Shown here: positions 62,493-64,000 of the stretch, piece by piece | How positions within the stretch are numbered: position 1 is the stretch's first letter | Layout of the letters: the number at the start of each line of letters is the position of its first letter | Virus record (IMG/VR): IMGVR_UViG_3300010362_000012 | Coordinates: 1 to 64,000 of that record | Reading direction: 5' to 3' (one strand) | Length of the DNA stretch: 64,000 nt | Source: a virus | Lineage: Duplodnaviria > Caudoviricetes | Notes under the pieces: model-generated | The model's database searches: none | What the model was told of the DNA's origin: nothing | The model's input: only the letters and a program-made list of their open reading frames with translations | Made by a program: the position numbers and the translations under genes

Positions 62493-63029
62493 ATGCCGCA
62501 ACACTGGATTGAGCGCGGGCCGGCGACGGGTGGGGCGCCGCCGGATTTCGCGAACACGCCGAACGCGAACGGCGTGTACGTCGATGGCCTGACCAACGAG
62601 CTCGTCGTCGGCACCGGCACGTCGGGTTCGAGCGGCAGCCCCGCGACGCAAGTGCGGAGTCTCCGTACGCGCGTCGCGATCGCCGACGTCAACGCCGGCC
62701 TGACGCTGCTGCCGGCCGTCGCCGGCCGCAAGTATCGATTGATCGACGTGCAGGCCATCGCGGTCGGTGGTGCCGCCGCGGCGGGCACGACCGTCGATAT
62801 TCTCGGTACGCAGAGCAGCGCGAGCGTCAAGCTCGTCACCTTCGCGCAGGCGAACCTGACACAGTCAACCGTCCTGCGCCCTGGCTCAACCGGCGTCACG
62901 GTCCTCGCCGACGGCGCCTCGTTTGTGCAGAACGATGCGAACACCGCGATCACGATCGGGAAGACGGGCAGCAGCTTCACCACGGCGACGGCGATCGACA
63001 TCGCGCTAACGTACGCGCTCGAGAGCTAA
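62493..63029 (+). CDS. Putative decoration protein (mirror copy)
   Basis: Mirror of 21396-21932. Confidence 0.6.
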   Translation: MPQHWIERGPATGGAPPDFANTPNANGVYVDGLTNELVVGTGTSGSSGSPATQVRSLRTRVAIADVNAGLTLLPAVAGRKYRLIDVQAIAVGGAAAAGTTVDILGTQSSASVKLVTFAQANLTQSTVLRPGSTGVTVLADGASFVQNDANTAITIGKTGSSFTTATAIDIALTYALES

Positions 63030-63036
63030 AGAAGAC

Positions 63037-63126
63037 TTACTGGAGTCGGACAAAAACGATCAGGACGAGCAACACCACGGCGAAACAGATCAGCGCGATC
63101 ACGATCAAGCTCTGGTGTTTCTTCAT
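63037..63126 (-). CDS. Antisense single-TM peptide (mirror copy)
   Basis: Mirror of 21299-21388. Confidence 0.45.
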   Translation of the reverse strand: MKKHQSLIVIALICFAVVLLVLIVFVRLQ

Positions 63127-63163
63127 CGCCCGCGTACGGGACATGCAAGGCGAATAGCAAACG

Positions 63164-64000
63164 ATGGGCCGGTACTCCGATCTTGTTGCGGCCGATGGAG
63201 CTGTCGCTTACTGGCGGTTAGGGGAACTGTCTGGGACGACAGCGGCTGACAGCATCGGCAGTCGCAACGGCACGATTGCGGCCGGCGTGACGCTGAATCA
63301 AGTCGGTGCCATCGAGGATGGCAATAAAGCGATGGCGTTTGACGGGGCCACGGGGCATTACGTCAACGTGCCAGGGATGCTGAGTTATCCGATCCCGGCG
63401 GCGATAGGGTTCTCCATCGAGTGTTGGATCAAAACGACGGACTCAGCGGCTGGCGGTGGGCAATTTTTCGTTGACACCAAAACCGCCGGATCCGCCAATG
63501 CGGGGTTCGCGTTGTCTCTGGACGCTACCCATCGAATTACGTTCCGGCTCTCAAATGGCGTCACGTCAGGCAGCATCACGGGCAATGTGAACACCCTGAA
63601 CAATGGCGCGTGGCGGCACGTCATCGGCGTGATGGAACGTCTCTATGACGGCGTGCATGATCGCGTGCGCGTGTTCGTCGATGGCGTCCTCGACAATCAA
63701 AGCGATGTCGGGACGGCGGGTTTGGATTGCACGCCATCTACGGCGCTCGCGATCGGATCGTACTCCGCTGGCGGCGCATCCCCGAATAATTTTATCGGGA
63801 GCGTCGATGATGTCGCGTTTTATCCGGTCGCACTGACGGCGACGCAAGTGTCCGCCCACGCGGCGGCTGGGCCTCCAATCGGCTACACCAAGCAAGTGAT
63901 CGCCGACGGCGCGAGTGCCTATTGGCGGCTGCAAGAAACCAGTGGGACGAGTGCCGTGGATTCGATCGCCGGCGCGAACGGCACGATCAGCGGCGGCGTC
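63164..64000 (+). CDS. LamG protein (mirror copy, truncated by window end)
   Basis: Mirror of the 5' part of 19816-21261. Confidence 0.85.
   Translation, partial: MGRYSDLVAADGAVAYWRLGELSGTTAADSIGSRNGTIAAGVTLNQVGAIEDGNKAMAFDGATGHYVNVPGMLSYPIPAAIGFSIECWIKTTDSAAGGGQFFVDTKTAGSANAGFALSLDATHRITFRLSNGVTSGSITGNVNTLNNGAWRHVIGVMERLYDGVHDRVRVFVDGVLDNQSDVGTAGLDCTPSTALAIGSYSAGGASPNNFIGSVDDVAFYPVALTATQVSAHAAAGPPIGYTKQVIADGASAYWRLQETSGTSAVDSIAGANGTISGGV

Larger units (their letters stand above)
1..64000. mobile_element. Tailed dsDNA bacteriophage sequence (podovirus-like, P22/T7-type tail machine), about 42 kb unique plus mirrored copy
   Basis: TerL, portal, scaffold, major capsid, adaptor, nozzle, tailspike/fibre and ejection-type genes in canonical order; no tape measure or sheath gene; no host housekeeping genes. 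Confidence 0.92.
20425..64000. repeat. Giant inverted repeat (21,788-bp arms visible, no spacer), axis 42212/42213
   Basis: ORFs in 20425-42212 recur with identical translations at 84425-x on the opposite strand; centre reads ...CATGATATTTTGGAGG|CCTCCAAAATATCATG... Confidence 0.98.

Noticed and set aside
1-64000. Protelomerase, integrase, ParAB, reverse transcriptase/DGR, DNA polymerase, TerS
   Set aside because: No ORF with R-K-H-R-H-Y, YADD or a second P-loop motif recognised; absence is limited to this window.
1-64000. tRNA, rRNA or CRISPR arrays
   Set aside because: No cloverleaf, rRNA signature or regular repeat-spacer pattern seen; the 11-bp motif array is irregular and too short.
42213-64000. 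Gene duplications with dosage effect or divergence between arms
   Set aside because: Arms give identical translations, so they are one sequence seen twice rather than paralogues.

Overview
High-GC tailed-phage sequence with a podovirus-like virion module, no recognisable host chromosomal genes, and a possibly acidobacterial host (inference). The dominant structure is a giant inverted repeat with no spacer, axis between 42212 and 42213: 20425-42212 is mirrored by 42213-64000 (x -> 84425-x), so the window holds about 42.2 kb of unique sequence. Unique part, left to right: small + strand genes (1-2770; the window starts inside a gene); a long - strand virion/packaging block (2772-33371) with internal virion proteins including a lytic transglycosylase, a beta-helix tailspike, a tail fibre, nozzle, Ig-like IPT proteins, adaptor, LamG lectin, capsid, scaffold, portal, TerL, a DUF1064-like nuclease and an RHH repressor; a + strand replication/lysis-like block (HTH initiator with iterons, membrane proteins, glycoside hydrolase-like protein); a lipoprotein and degenerate HNH protein; a second RHH switch with early genes; and a terminal - strand block with a C5 DNA methyltransferase. 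About 340 bp of non-coding, motif-rich DNA then precedes the axis. Leading hypothesis: the axis is a covalently closed hairpin telomere read through during sequencing, and it co-occurs with a TerL whose nuclease active-site acidic residues are all substituted, as expected if unit-length genomes are packaged without TerL cutting. No protelomerase, integrase or TerS is recognisable in the window, and a fold-back artefact cannot be excluded from sequence alone. All family assignments are by eye from motifs; no database search was run.
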